From Xanthobacteraceae bacterium (GTDB lineage: Bacteria; Pseudomonadota; Alphaproteobacteria; Rhizobiales; Xanthobacteraceae), in the NCBI GenBank assembly GCA_035623195.1, contig DASPTX010000114.1:16293-80292 (forward strand): a DNA stretch of 64,000 bases. The letters are read 5' to 3'. Shown here piece after piece: positions 18,841-28,822 of this stretch (its first letter is position 1; every line of letters starts with the position of its first letter). The position numbers were made by a program, and so were the translations under genes. Below the pieces are notes generated by a model. That model had not been told where the DNA came from. It ran no database searches and worked only from the letters and a program-made list of their open reading frames with translations.

Positions 18841-18960
18841 CTATTCGGTGAGGCATGATCTTTTTCGGAAAACCGGCTCCCACTTTTCCGGATCATGCCC
18901 TATTCGGTGAGGCATGATCCTTTCGGAAAACCGGTTCCCACTTTTCCGGATCATGCCCTA
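18841..18960. repeat. REP element, short form, two tandem copies (period ~59 bp)
   Basis: CTATTCGGTGAGGCATGATC..CGGAAAACCGG.TCCCACTTTTCCGGATCATGCC occurs twice head-to-tail between the DUF883 gene and the downstream membrane-protein gene. Confidence 0.9.
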
Positions 18961-18987
18961 ACAGCCGCCAATATCGCGCCGCCAACG

Positions 18988-19392
18988 CTAACGACGCCAC
19001 ATCGCGCCCAACAAAAACCCGATCCCGCCTACGATGGCGAGCGTCGTATAAGGGCGATTTTTAAGCGAATCGTCGATCGCGGCGACGAGACTGTCGGACA
19101 CTTCACGCATGGCGTCGGCCGCTTCCTGGCCTTTTTCCTGCGCATCGGACATGGCGCCATCGACGCTCGACTTGATTTGCGAGCTGGTGCGTTGCCAGGC
19201 GGCGGCGCCTCTATTGGCGAGAATGTCGCCAACTTGCGCGGCGAGCCGGCTGAAGTCGGCGCGAAGCGCTTGCAGATCGTCCTGAATGTCTTTCGACGCA
19301 GTGGCGGCGGCTTCCCTGATTTCGCGGGCGCCCTCACGCGCGTCTTTCGTCGTCTCACGAAGATTCTGCGAAACAGTCGAGGTCGAAGTCAT
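18988..19392 (-). CDS. DUF883 (ElaB/YqjD/YgaM) family membrane-anchored stress protein
   Basis: 134 aa. Helical hydrophilic body with a C-terminal anchor YTTLAIVGGIGFLLGAMWRR. Confidence 0.8.
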   Translation of the reverse strand: MTSTSTVSQNLRETTKDAREGAREIREAAATASKDIQDDLQALRADFSRLAAQVGDILANRGAAAWQRTSSQIKSSVDGAMSDAQEKGQEAADAMREVSDSLVAAIDDSLKNRPYTTLAIVGGIGFLLGAMWRR

Positions 19393-19461
19393 GGCTCTTA
19401 CTCCGAAGGTGTGGGGATGCCGGTTTGCTCGAATAAATTCCCAAAGCCCAAAAAGTTCCGA

Positions 19462-20562
19462 TCACTCGGGCAGCCGCACGTCGTCGATCGGGAATAGATG
19501 CTGAACGACAACGAGGAGAATAATCGACAACGGCGCGGCGAGGAAGGCCCCAAACGGCCCCCACATCCAGGTCCAGAAGGCGATCGCGAGAAATACCAAA
19601 AGCGGATTAAGCGTGAAGCGTCGGCCGACAATCATCGGCGTGATGAAATGTCCTTCCATGGCCGTCAGCGCAACGAAAGCGAGCGGCGCGACGACGGCTC
19701 GGCCGAGCGAGGCGAACGTGATGAGGCTGACGCCGAACAGTACAAGCACCATCAGCGCGGGGCCGATATAGGGCACGTAGTTCAACACTGCCGCAAGCAA
19801 CCCGAACATGATTGGATCGGGAAAGCCAAAGAACCAGGCTCCGAGCGCGACAATTGCTCCGACCGCGGCATTGACGATCGTGACGACGCTCAAATAGCCG
19901 GCAAGATTGTGCTCGACGTCGCGCATTATTTTGAGAAAGCGCAGCTTGGCATCGCGGCTGCCGAACATTGAGACAAGCTGACTGCGCAGCTCGATCTGAC
20001 CGACGAGAAAGAAGAACAAGGTGGCGAAAAACAGCAGCAATTCCCCCGCGGCCGGCGTAAGAAAGGCCACAACGGGCAGAACGTAATTGGCCGCGGGCGC
20101 GCTGACCTTCAGCGTCGTGTCGCCGCCGAACAATGTGTTCTCGAGCTCCTGGAGCGCCGCGAGCGGCTGATCGAAAACCGAAAGTTTTTGCTTGATCGAC
20201 GCGCCGATTTCGGGAGCGCGGCCGATCCATTCGCTTACCGGCCCCGCGAGGGTGGTTACCGCCAAGCTCACGCCGCCAACAGCGACGAGCAAAATCAGAA
20301 GGCCGGTAATCCAGGGCGAGATGCCGAAACGTTTGGCCGATTTGACCATCGGTGCCAGCGTCAGCGCAATCACCGCGGCGGCGAGGATCGGCAACAGGAT
20401 GGCGCGCCCGACATAAAGAAAGGCGCCGAACAGAATCAGAAAGATACCGATGGTTGCGGTCTGACCGGCCGATGTCCACATTTTCTGTACGCTGTCGACC
20501 GGCGACGGACCGCCGATCTCCAAAGCGTTGCGAAGTTCGCGACGTGCTAGAATATATTCCAT
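19462..20562 (-). CDS. AI-2E family transporter (PerM/UPF0118)
   Basis: The track ORF begins inside REP copy F. ATG at 20562 is preceded by GGGGAGG. Multi-TM, with the typical C-terminal GPFGAFLAAPL region. Confidence 0.85.
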   Translation of the reverse strand: MEYILARRELRNALEIGGPSPVDSVQKMWTSAGQTATIGIFLILFGAFLYVGRAILLPILAAAVIALTLAPMVKSAKRFGISPWITGLLILLVAVGGVSLAVTTLAGPVSEWIGRAPEIGASIKQKLSVFDQPLAALQELENTLFGGDTTLKVSAPAANYVLPVVAFLTPAAGELLLFFATLFFFLVGQIELRSQLVSMFGSRDAKLRFLKIMRDVEHNLAGYLSVVTIVNAAVGAIVALGAWFFGFPDPIMFGLLAAVLNYVPYIGPALMVLVLFGVSLITFASLGRAVVAPLAFVALTAMEGHFITPMIVGRRFTLNPLLVFLAIAFWTWMWGPFGAFLAAPLSIILLVVVQHLFPIDDVRLPE

Positions 20563-20633
20563 AAGGCCTCCCCGCAGGGCCAAAGCCGCTGGGTATCTTG
20601 CAATAAATGCCGGTTCGCATGGTTCGGTTCCTG

Positions 20634-20709
20634 GAGCATGATCCGAAAAAGCCTGCCTCGGACGCGATCCGGGTTGAAAACGATTTTGCGAAAAGATCAT
20701 GCCTCATCA
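20634..20709. repeat. REP element, long form, inverted orientation (copy F)
   Basis: GAGCATGATCCGAAAAAGCCTGCCTCGGACGCGATCCGGGTTGAAAACGATTTTGCGAAAAGATCATGCCTCATCA. Confidence 0.85.
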
Positions 20710-20867
20710 AAAACCGGGTAAATGCGGGCGGGGATTTTTTGCAGGCGCAAAGTGGACGGCCGCGACGGTTTCGGATGCTTCCCCGGCGGTCCCCGCCGCG
20801 GCCTATGGCCTCTGCCCTACCCCCAATCGCGCGCAAGGATTATGGACGCAAGAGATTGAAAGTATGA

Positions 20868-20892
20868 GGAACTTTCCGGATGGCGGGGCGTT
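20868..20892 (+). promoter_or_regulatory. sigma-EcfG-type promoter motif GGAAC-N16-CGTT at the hybrid kinase gene
   Basis: GGAACTTTCCGGATGGCGGGGCGTT. It ends 3 nt before ATG 20896, implying the ATG at 20917 is the start used. Confidence 0.55.
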
Positions 20893-20895
20893 GCG

Positions 20896-23800
20896 ATGGT
20901 GCCGGGGACGCGTGTGATGACTGGCCAAACATCCGACACCGCCGCAACGCGAGGGGGCCTTAAAGCCTTCATCGCGATCGAGCAAAGCGCACTCGATGCC
21001 ATTCCGACCGGGCTTTGTGTCTGCCGCGCCGACGGCAGCCTGGCCCGCTACAACCGGCGCGCCATCGACCTGTGGGGCCGGGCGCCACGACTCGGCGATC
21101 CGCACGAGACCTCCACCGGCAATTTCCGCCGCTATACGCCCGAAGGCGCGCCGCTTCACTTCGCGGCGGCGCCGGTCGCCGTCGCGCTGCGCAGCGGCGA
21201 GCCCGTGATAAGCGCGGAACTCATTATCGAACGGCCCGACGGTTCGCAGGTTCCGGTGCTGATGAATGTCGCGCCGCTTAAGAACGAGCAAGGCGGCGTC
21301 GACGGCGCCGTTTGTAGTTTTCAGGAACTGACGGAGCGCAAGCGCGCCGAAGAAGCGCTGCGCGCCAGCGAGGCGGAGCTGCAATCGGTCATCAATCGCA
21401 CGCCCTTCATGCTGGTGCGCTGTAGCCGCGATCTGCGCTACCGGTTTGTCAGCGAGGCTTACGCGCATCTTATCGGCCGCGGAAGAAACGAAGTCCTCGA
21501 CCAAACAATCGATAAAGTCATCGGCGCGCGCGGCCTCGACACGTTACGGCCGTATATCGATATCGTCTTGCGGGGCGAGCCCGTGGACTTCGAATGCGAG
21601 CTGGAGTTCCCCCATAGCGGACGACGCAATCTCGCCATCGCCTACCGGCCTGAACTGGACGCCGACGGCAATGTCGGAGGGTGGATCGCCTCGCTTCTCG
21701 ACGTCACCGATCAGCGCAGCGGCGAGCAGGCGCGCCGGCAACTTGCCAGCATCGTGGAATCCGCCGACGATCCGATCGTCAGCAAGGATCTCAACGGCAT
21801 CGTCGTCAGCTGGAATCCCGGCGCGCAGCATCTGTTCGGCTATACCGCCGAGGAGATGATCGGCAAGCCGATCACGTCGATCATTCCCGCTCATCTTAAG
21901 CGTGAGGAGCCGCGAATCCTGGAACGGATTCGGCGCGGCGAAAGGATCGAGCATTACGAGACCGTCCGGCGTTGCAAGGACGGCCGGCTGATCGACGTTT
22001 CCCTAACGATTTCTCCGATGCGCGACAAGCACGGCACGGTTGTCGGCGCTTCGAAGATCGCGCGCGATGTCACGGCGCGCAAACGCGCGGAAGCGCTGGT
22101 GCGGCGCCGCGCCGACGAGCAAGCGGCGCTTTACCGCTTCACCAATCGGCTCTATCGCGCGGAAACCGTCAAAGACGTCTACGAAGCGGGCTTGGATGCG
22201 ATCATGGGCGCAATGCACTGCAGTCGCGCTTCGATCTTACGCTGCGACCGCGACGGCGTGATGCGTTTTGTCGCCTGGCGCGGCTTGTCGGACGCTTATC
22301 GGCTCGCCACGACGGGACATTCGCCATGGACGCCAGGCGAGACGAATCCCCACCCCGTTTGCATGACCGATATCGACGGGGCCGAACTCGATCTGCGCAT
22401 CAAGGCGATCGTGAAACAGGAAGGCATCGGCGCTCTCGCCTTCATTCCGCTCATGGCCGAAGGCAGGGTCACGGGCAAGTTCATGGTTTATTACGATGCG
22501 TCCAGAAAGTTCGATCCGGAGGAGATAGAACTTGCGCTGACGCTGGCGCGCCAGCTTGGTTTCGCGCTCGAACGCATGCGAGCCGAGCAAGCGCGCCTGG
22601 ACATCCAAGCCGAACTGCGTTTGCTCAGCGAAAGACTCGAGGACGAGGTCGAGCGCCGGACGCTGGAGCGCGACCGCATCTGGAACGTATCGGAAGACCT
22701 GCTCGCCGTGTCCAATTTCGAAGGCTGTTTCCTGAGCATCAATCCGGCGTGGACGAGATTGCTGGGATGGACCGAGGACGCGATCAAGTCCATGCATGTG
22801 AGCGAACTACGCCATCCCGATGACGCACCGGCGGCGATGGCGGCACTCGGCCGGCTGGCGCACGGCGTGCCCACCGTGCGCATCGAGAACCGGTTTCGGC
22901 ACAAGGACGGATCGTGGCGCTGGCTGCAGTGGACCATGACCGAGAGCAAAGGACTGATCTACATTGCCGGACGGCACGTCACGGCGGAGAAGGAGGCGGC
23001 CGCCGCGCTCGAACGGGCGCAGCGGCGGACCGCGCATTTGCAGAAGATGGATGCGATCGGTCAATTGACCGGCGGCATCGCTCACGACTTCAACAATCTC
23101 CTGATGATCGTAAGCGGCCATACCCAGGGCCTGAAACAGCGTTTGCATGACGCAAAAGACATCCGCGCCTTGCAGGCCATCGAAATGGCGGCGGCGCGCG
23201 GCGAAAACCTGACGCGACAGCTGTTGTCGTTCTCGCGCACGCTGCCGCTTAGCCCCACCGTGATCAATCCCGCCGAGACGGTCCACGCCATTCGCGACGT
23301 CTTGGCCGGCTCGATGCATGTCAACATTAAATTCCAGATCAACGTTCCCGATTCGACATGGCCCATCCGTGTCGACAAGTCGGAGCTCGAACTGGCGCTG
23401 GTGAATCTCGCCGTCAATGCCCGCGACGCCATGCCCGAAGGCGGCCGCATCACCATTGCGGCGAACAATGTCCATCTTCGCCCCGGCGATCTGCCGGAGG
23501 ATATCGGCGGCGATTTCGTTGCGCTCAGCGTCGCCGACACCGGCAGCGGCATCGCGCCCGATCTCGTTTCCAGGGTGGTCGAGCCGTTCTTCACGACCAA
23601 GGCTCCCGATAAGGGCACCGGCCTCGGATTGTCGCAAGTTTACGGTTTTGCGCGGCGGTCGGACGGCACCGTATCGATCAACAGCGAAGTCGGCGCGGGA
23701 ACCAAAGTGACCATCTATCTGCCGCGCAGCCACGCCGCCACCCTTGCCGCTCCCTCGCCAAAGGACGACGCGGAATATGCCGCGGGCAGCCGGCAAACCA

Positions 23801-24171
23801 TCCTGGTCGTCGAAGACAATGCCGATGTCAGGAAAGCCACGGTCTCGCTGCTGGAGCAACTCGGCTACCGGACGACCGAAGTGGATACGGCAGCCGCGGC
23901 GCTCGACCTGCTCGCCTGCGGCATGGAAATTCATCTCGTGTTCAGCGACGTGGTGTTGCCCGGGCAGACCGACGGCCTGGCGCTGGCGCGAATGCTGGTC
24001 GCGCGCTATCCGCATATTCCGGTCGTGCTCACTACCGGATATGCCAAGGTGTTCGACAGCAATCCGGAATTTCCCGTCCTGCGCAAGCCGTATCAGATTT
24101 CAGCGCTGGGTCGTGTGATTCACGATGCGCTTGGTCAGGCACTGCCGAGCCGGCCTGTGCTGGCGAGGTGA
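20896..24171 (+). CDS. hybrid sensor histidine kinase (several PAS, GAF, HisKA, HATPase_c, receiver)
   Basis: H-box GGIAHDFNNLLMIV. N/G boxes NLAVNARDAM, DTGSGI, GTGLGLS. Receiver ILVVEDN...DVVLPG...KP. ATG at 20917 is the more likely start given the promoter motif at 20868-20892. Confidence 0.9.
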   Translation: MVPGTRVMTGQTSDTAATRGGLKAFIAIEQSALDAIPTGLCVCRADGSLARYNRRAIDLWGRAPRLGDPHETSTGNFRRYTPEGAPLHFAAAPVAVALRSGEPVISAELIIERPDGSQVPVLMNVAPLKNEQGGVDGAVCSFQELTERKRAEEALRASEAELQSVINRTPFMLVRCSRDLRYRFVSEAYAHLIGRGRNEVLDQTIDKVIGARGLDTLRPYIDIVLRGEPVDFECELEFPHSGRRNLAIAYRPELDADGNVGGWIASLLDVTDQRSGEQARRQLASIVESADDPIVSKDLNGIVVSWNPGAQHLFGYTAEEMIGKPITSIIPAHLKREEPRILERIRRGERIEHYETVRRCKDGRLIDVSLTISPMRDKHGTVVGASKIARDVTARKRAEALVRRRADEQAALYRFTNRLYRAETVKDVYEAGLDAIMGAMHCSRASILRCDRDGVMRFVAWRGLSDAYRLATTGHSPWTPGETNPHPVCMTDIDGAELDLRIKAIVKQEGIGALAFIPLMAEGRVTGKFMVYYDASRKFDPEEIELALTLARQLGFALERMRAEQARLDIQAELRLLSERLEDEVERRTLERDRIWNVSEDLLAVSNFEGCFLSINPAWTRLLGWTEDAIKSMHVSELRHPDDAPAAMAALGRLAHGVPTVRIENRFRHKDGSWRWLQWTMTESKGLIYIAGRHVTAEKEAAAALERAQRRTAHLQKMDAIGQLTGGIAHDFNNLLMIVSGHTQGLKQRLHDAKDIRALQAIEMAAARGENLTRQLLSFSRTLPLSPTVINPAETVHAIRDVLAGSMHVNIKFQINVPDSTWPIRVDKSELELALVNLAVNARDAMPEGGRITIAANNVHLRPGDLPEDIGGDFVALSVADTGSGIAPDLVSRVVEPFFTTKAPDKGTGLGLSQVYGFARRSDGTVSINSEVGAGTKVTIYLPRSHAATLAAPSPKDDAEYAAGSRQTILVVEDNADVRKATVSLLEQLGYRTTEVDTAAAALDLLACGMEIHLVFSDVVLPGQTDGLALARMLVARYPHIPVVLTTGYAKVFDSNPEFPVLRKPYQISALGRVIHDALGQALPSRPVLAR

Positions 24172-24434
24172 CCCCGATCGTTTCGGTCGGCTATCGCTCG
24201 TTCGTTCCAGTACGCAGATCGTGCGGAACCCGAGCGCGGAGCCGGAACAGGAACAAAGACGGGACCTGCGGCAGAAGTACCGTTTGCCGCCCCGATAAAA
24301 TGACTTAAATCCGAGGGGGACAAATAGGAAACATCGGGAACCGAGTTCCTTCCCGGACATTCTACTGTCGGGGGCGTGTTACCTTCCCCAGTCCGTTTCC
24401 CCAAGGCTCGGGCCGAATCGACGCGGAAATCGCC

Positions 24435-25193
24435 ATGACCGTTGCTGCATTGCCGCCAATTCCCGGTCTCGGGGATGTGGCCATTTTGCTCGACATCGAC
24501 GGAACGATCTTGGACATCGCTCCGGTGCCGCAAAATGTCGTGGTGCCGGAATCCTTGCGCGGCACGCTCGGCCGGCTGAGCGTATTGACCGACGGAGCGC
24601 TCGCATTTGTCAGCGGACGCTCGCTGGACGATGTCGATCGGCTGTTCGCGCCGCTGCGGCTTCCCGCAATAGCCAGTCACGGCGCGGAATTTCGCCTTAT
24701 ACCCGGAGACGAGAGCGATAGCGGCCCGACGCTCACGCTCGAGCCGCCCCTGAAGACAAAGCTCGACGCCGTCGCCGAACTCGGTCATGGAATCATCGTC
24801 GAGGACAAGGACTACGCGATTGCGCTGCACTACCGATTGGCGCCGGAAAAGGAAGCCGCCGTGCGGGAAGCGGTGGCCGCGATTTGCGCCGACCAGCCTT
24901 CGATCGAAGTCCTTCCCGGAAAATATGTGCTCGAAGTCAAGAAACAGGGCTTTAGCAAGGCCACGGGCGTACGCAGCCTGATGAAACATCCCCCGTTCGC
25001 GGGGCGCCGCCCTATTTTCATAGGCGACGACACGACCGACGAGTCCGTGTTCGCAATAATGCCAGAATTCGGCGGTTTTGCATTCTCGGTCGGCGCCGCC
25101 ACTGGCGTCGTCGACGGATATTTTGAGGGGCCTCCCGCCGTGCGCGACTGGCTTGCAACGATCGCCGGCGGTGAAGCTAACGCCATGCAATGA
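24435..25193 (+). CDS. otsB: trehalose-6-phosphate phosphatase (HAD-IIB)
   Basis: DIDGTILD motif I, FVSGRS motif II, GDDTTDE motif IV. Shares a locus with otsA. Confidence 0.85.
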   Translation: MTVAALPPIPGLGDVAILLDIDGTILDIAPVPQNVVVPESLRGTLGRLSVLTDGALAFVSGRSLDDVDRLFAPLRLPAIASHGAEFRLIPGDESDSGPTLTLEPPLKTKLDAVAELGHGIIVEDKDYAIALHYRLAPEKEAAVREAVAAICADQPSIEVLPGKYVLEVKKQGFSKATGVRSLMKHPPFAGRRPIFIGDDTTDESVFAIMPEFGGFAFSVGAATGVVDGYFEGPPAVRDWLATIAGGEANAMQ

Positions 25194-26977
25194 ACGATCA
25201 TGGACTTGATCTAGCGCTGATAGGCAATGGTCGTACCGCAGCACTGATCGATCCGCAGTCGCGCATCGTTTGGTGGTGTTTTCCCGGCTTCGACGGCGAC
25301 CCAATCTTTTGCCGGCTGCTGGCGGGCGGCGAAGAGAAGGGTTACTCCGACGTCGTGCTTGAAGACGAAGTCGATTTCCAGTCCGAATATTTGCGCAATA
25401 CAGCGGTCGTTTCCACGTTGCTGACCGATCGGCGCGGCGGAGTTGTTCGGATCACGGATTTCGCGCCGCGCTTTCGACAATACGGCCGCGTCTTCCGTCC
25501 GCCGCAACTGTTCCGAATCATCGAACCGATCGCGGGACTGCCGCGCATCACGATACGGGTGCGGCCCACCCACAATTACGGTCGGCCGTTTCGGCAGCAT
25601 TCGGTCGGCAGCAATCATATACGTTATATCAACGCCGATACGGTCATTCGGCTCACCAGCGACGCTCCGCTCTCGCTGATCGAGCAGGAAGCGCCGTTCG
25701 TTCTGACCCGCCCGATCCACCTCGTGATCGGGCCCGACGAGCCTTTCACCGGCGAAATCACCACCACGTGCCGCGAGTTCGCCGACCGCACGCGCGACTA
25801 TTGGATGGATTGGGTGCGCAGCCTGTCGATTTCATATGACTGGCAGGAGGCCATCATCCGCGCTGCGATCACGCTCAAGCTCAGCACGTTCGAGGAAACC
25901 GGCGGCGTGATCGCCGCGCACACCACGTCCATTCCCGAGGCGCCCGGCTCGGGCCGAACCTGGGACTACCGCTACTGTTGGCTGCGCGACGCCTATTTCG
26001 TCGTCAAAGCGCTCAACCGTGTCGGCGCGACGCAGACCATGGAGGACTTCATCACGTTCACGCTCGGCCTTGCCGCCAACCCTGACCAGGCGCTGCGGCC
26101 CGTGTACAGCGTCGTGCCGACAAATTCGCTCGAAGAGCGCACCGCGCCGGATCTGGAGGGCTATCGCGGCGACGGCCCGGTGCGTATCGGCAATGCCGCG
26201 TCGGGCCAAGTTCAGCACGACACCTATGGCAGCATCATTCTTGCCGCGATGCCGATGTTTTTCGATCGCCGCCTGCCGCGGCCCGGCGACGAAGGATTGT
26301 TTCAACTTCTGGAAACGCTCGGCGCGCGCGCCGCGAAGCTGGCGTTGGAGCCGGATTCTGGCATTTGGGAATATCGCGGCCGGCAGCGCGTCCACACGCA
26401 CTCCGTTGCGATGTGTTGGGCGGGCTGCCACCGGCTCGCCGCTATCGCGGCGAGGCTCGGCCTCGACGCGCGCGCGAAGTATTGGAACGCGGTCGCCGAT
26501 CCCATTCATACGGAACTTCTGGCGCGGGCGTGGAACGAGAAACGCGGCGCATTCACCGCGGCATTCGGCTCCGACGATCTCGACGCCAGCGTTCTGCTCC
26601 TGCCCGATCTCGGCATTATCGAGACCGACGATCCGCGATTCAGCAGCACCGTCGCCGCAATGGAGCGCGAGCTCGTGCGCGAGAAACACGTGATGCGCTA
26701 CACGAGCTCGGACGATTTCGGCATACCGATGACGGCATTTCTGATCTGCCGCTTCTGGCTGATCGACGCCTGGTGGTCGCTCGGGCGCCGCGACGACGCC
26801 AAGGAACTGTTCGAGGACGCCCTGCAGCATCGCAACAGGTATGGGCTACTCTCGGAAGATGTCGATCCCAAGTCGGGCGCCTTGTGCGGAAACTTCCCCC
26901 AGACCTATTCGATGGCGGGGCTGATCCTGACCGCGATGCGGCTGTCGCGAAGCTGGGAAGACCGCTACTGGCGCTGA
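25190..26977 (+). CDS. glycoside hydrolase family 15 (glucoamylase/trehalase-like)
   Basis: 595 aa. LIGNGRTAALID N-terminus; WDYRYCWLRDAYF and later acidic catalytic regions typical of GH15. Its start overlaps the otsB stop (ATGA). Confidence 0.85.
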   Translation: MNDHGLDLALIGNGRTAALIDPQSRIVWWCFPGFDGDPIFCRLLAGGEEKGYSDVVLEDEVDFQSEYLRNTAVVSTLLTDRRGGVVRITDFAPRFRQYGRVFRPPQLFRIIEPIAGLPRITIRVRPTHNYGRPFRQHSVGSNHIRYINADTVIRLTSDAPLSLIEQEAPFVLTRPIHLVIGPDEPFTGEITTTCREFADRTRDYWMDWVRSLSISYDWQEAIIRAAITLKLSTFEETGGVIAAHTTSIPEAPGSGRTWDYRYCWLRDAYFVVKALNRVGATQTMEDFITFTLGLAANPDQALRPVYSVVPTNSLEERTAPDLEGYRGDGPVRIGNAASGQVQHDTYGSIILAAMPMFFDRRLPRPGDEGLFQLLETLGARAAKLALEPDSGIWEYRGRQRVHTHSVAMCWAGCHRLAAIAARLGLDARAKYWNAVADPIHTELLARAWNEKRGAFTAAFGSDDLDASVLLLPDLGIIETDDPRFSSTVAAMERELVREKHVMRYTSSDDFGIPMTAFLICRFWLIDAWWSLGRRDDAKELFEDALQHRNRYGLLSEDVDPKSGALCGNFPQTYSMAGLILTAMRLSRSWEDRYWR

Positions 26978-26998
26978 TCGAGTTGGGCCTTCTGCGGA

Positions 26999-28822
26999 TC
27001 ATGTCCTGGCCTTCGTCACCTGCACCCGCGCGCGCTGATGAACGGGCTTGGCGTCTCGCGTCAGATTGAAAGCGCTGTTGACCAGCGCGACGTGAGTGAA
27101 GGCTTGGGGAAAATTGCCGATCATCCGCTTCGAGCCCGGATCGTATTCCTCACTGAGGAGACCAACGTCGTTGCACAGGCCGGCGAGCCCCGCGAACAGG
27201 CGCTCGGCCTCGCGCCGGCGATTCTGCAGCAAATAGGCATCGACCAGCCAGAAGCTGCAGGCGAGAAAAACTCCCTCTCCCGGCGGCAAGCCGTCCGGCG
27301 GATCTTCGGTATCGTAACGCCTGACGAATCCGTCGACGAGCAATTCGCGCTCGATCGCCGCGATGGTGCCGGCGATGCGCGGATCGCTGACGGGCAGAAA
27401 GCCGACGCTGGGCAGAAGCAACAGACTCGCATCGAGTTTCTTCGAACCATAGGACTGGACGAAACTGCCCTTCTCGGCGTCGAAGCCACGCGTGCAGACA
27501 TCGTTGTGAATCTGTTCGCGCATTTTGCACCACCGGTCGAGCGGCCCTTGCTGCCCGAATGCCTTGGCGTTCTTGATGACCCGATCGACGGCAACCCACG
27601 CCATGACCTTCGAATAGGTAAAATGCTGCCAATTGCCGCGAATTTCCCATATGCCGGCGTCGGGCTTCGTCCAGACGCGGTCCAGGTGCTCCATGAGAGC
27701 CAATTGGACGTTCCAGCCCAATTCGGTCGCGGTTAGGCCGCCGCGTCTTGCTTGGTAATCGGCGTCCATCACCTCGCCGAATATGTCGAGTTGCAATTGG
27801 CCATAGGCGGCGTTGCCGATTCGCACCGGTGCGGAGCCTTCGTAGCCAGGCAGCCAAGGCACGGTCCATTCATTCAGAAAACGCTCGCCGGCAATGCCGT
27901 ACATGATCTGAACCTGAGCGGGGCTGCCGGCAACCGCGCGCAACAGCCATTCCCGCCAGGCGAGCGCTTCCTCGTGGAAGCCGGCATGCATCAAAGCGAG
28001 CAAAGTCAGCGTGGCGTCGCGCAGCCAGCAATAGCGATAATCCCAGTTGCGCGTGCCGCCGATCTGTTCCGGCAAGGATGTTGTCGGCGCCGCAACGAGG
28101 CCGCCGGTCGGCCGGTAGGTCAGCGCCTTAAGCGTGATCAGCGAGCGAACGACAAGCTCGGACCACGGACCGGCGCTTCTGCATTGTGCCGCCCAGTCGG
28201 TCCAAAATCTCTCGGTATGTTCGAGCAATGCCTGCGGATCGAGCGCGGGCGGCGGCGGCTCGATCGACGACGAATAAGTCATCACAAACGGAACGGTGTC
28301 GCCGGCCTCGACGACGAAATCGCCGACCGTCGTCAAGTTCTCGCCGCGCAAATGCACCGGCGTGCGCAGCACGGTCATATCGGGTCCGGCGATGGCGCGA
28401 TGCGTGCCGTCTTCGAGACGCGTGACCCAAGGCACGATCAGCCCGAAGCCGAACCGCAATATAAGTTCGCAACGCATTGCCACGCGGCCGCGCTCGCCGA
28501 CGACGAGCCGCACGATGCTCGACGTTCCGTCGCGGCGCGGCATGAAGTCGATCAGCGTGACCGCCCCATCATCGGTCTCGAAGCTCGTTTCGAGGATCAG
28601 CGTGTTGGGGCGGTAACGGCGGCGCACGCAGACATTTTCACCGCACGGCGTTATCAGCCAGCGTCCGTTGTCGCGCGATCCCAACAGCGCGGCAAAACAC
28701 GCATGGGAGTCGAAGCGGGGCCAGCACAGCCAATCGATCGAACCGTCGCGGCCGACCAGGGCGGCGGTCTCGCGATCGCCGATGAGCGCATAGTCTTCGA
28801 TGCGGCCGCTCATCGCGCTCAC
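26999..28822 (-). CDS. glycoside hydrolase family 15, second paralogue
   Basis: 607 aa. YALIGDRETAALVGRDGSIDWLCWPRFDS and NWDYRYCWLRDATL. GTGA overlap with the upstream dehydrogenase stop. Confidence 0.85.
   Translation of the reverse strand: MSAMSGRIEDYALIGDRETAALVGRDGSIDWLCWPRFDSHACFAALLGSRDNGRWLITPCGENVCVRRRYRPNTLILETSFETDDGAVTLIDFMPRRDGTSSIVRLVVGERGRVAMRCELILRFGFGLIVPWVTRLEDGTHRAIAGPDMTVLRTPVHLRGENLTTVGDFVVEAGDTVPFVMTYSSSIEPPPPALDPQALLEHTERFWTDWAAQCRSAGPWSELVVRSLITLKALTYRPTGGLVAAPTTSLPEQIGGTRNWDYRYCWLRDATLTLLALMHAGFHEEALAWREWLLRAVAGSPAQVQIMYGIAGERFLNEWTVPWLPGYEGSAPVRIGNAAYGQLQLDIFGEVMDADYQARRGGLTATELGWNVQLALMEHLDRVWTKPDAGIWEIRGNWQHFTYSKVMAWVAVDRVIKNAKAFGQQGPLDRWCKMREQIHNDVCTRGFDAEKGSFVQSYGSKKLDASLLLLPSVGFLPVSDPRIAGTIAAIERELLVDGFVRRYDTEDPPDGLPPGEGVFLACSFWLVDAYLLQNRRREAERLFAGLAGLCNDVGLLSEEYDPGSKRMIGNFPQAFTHVALVNSAFNLTRDAKPVHQRARVQVTKART

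Noticed and set aside
18816-18896. N-terminal extensions MIRKSGSRFSEK... (18369-18896), MIFSQNRF... (19462-20700), and the METGF.KRSC ORFs at 3668-3874 and 61626-61868
   Set aside because: These peptide starts are translations of REP elements that recur in many intergenic sites, so the starts were moved downstream or the ORFs discarded.
18841-18960. Possible CRISPR array (also 59868-60012)
   Set aside because: The entire period is the same REP sequence. There are no unique spacers and no cas genes.
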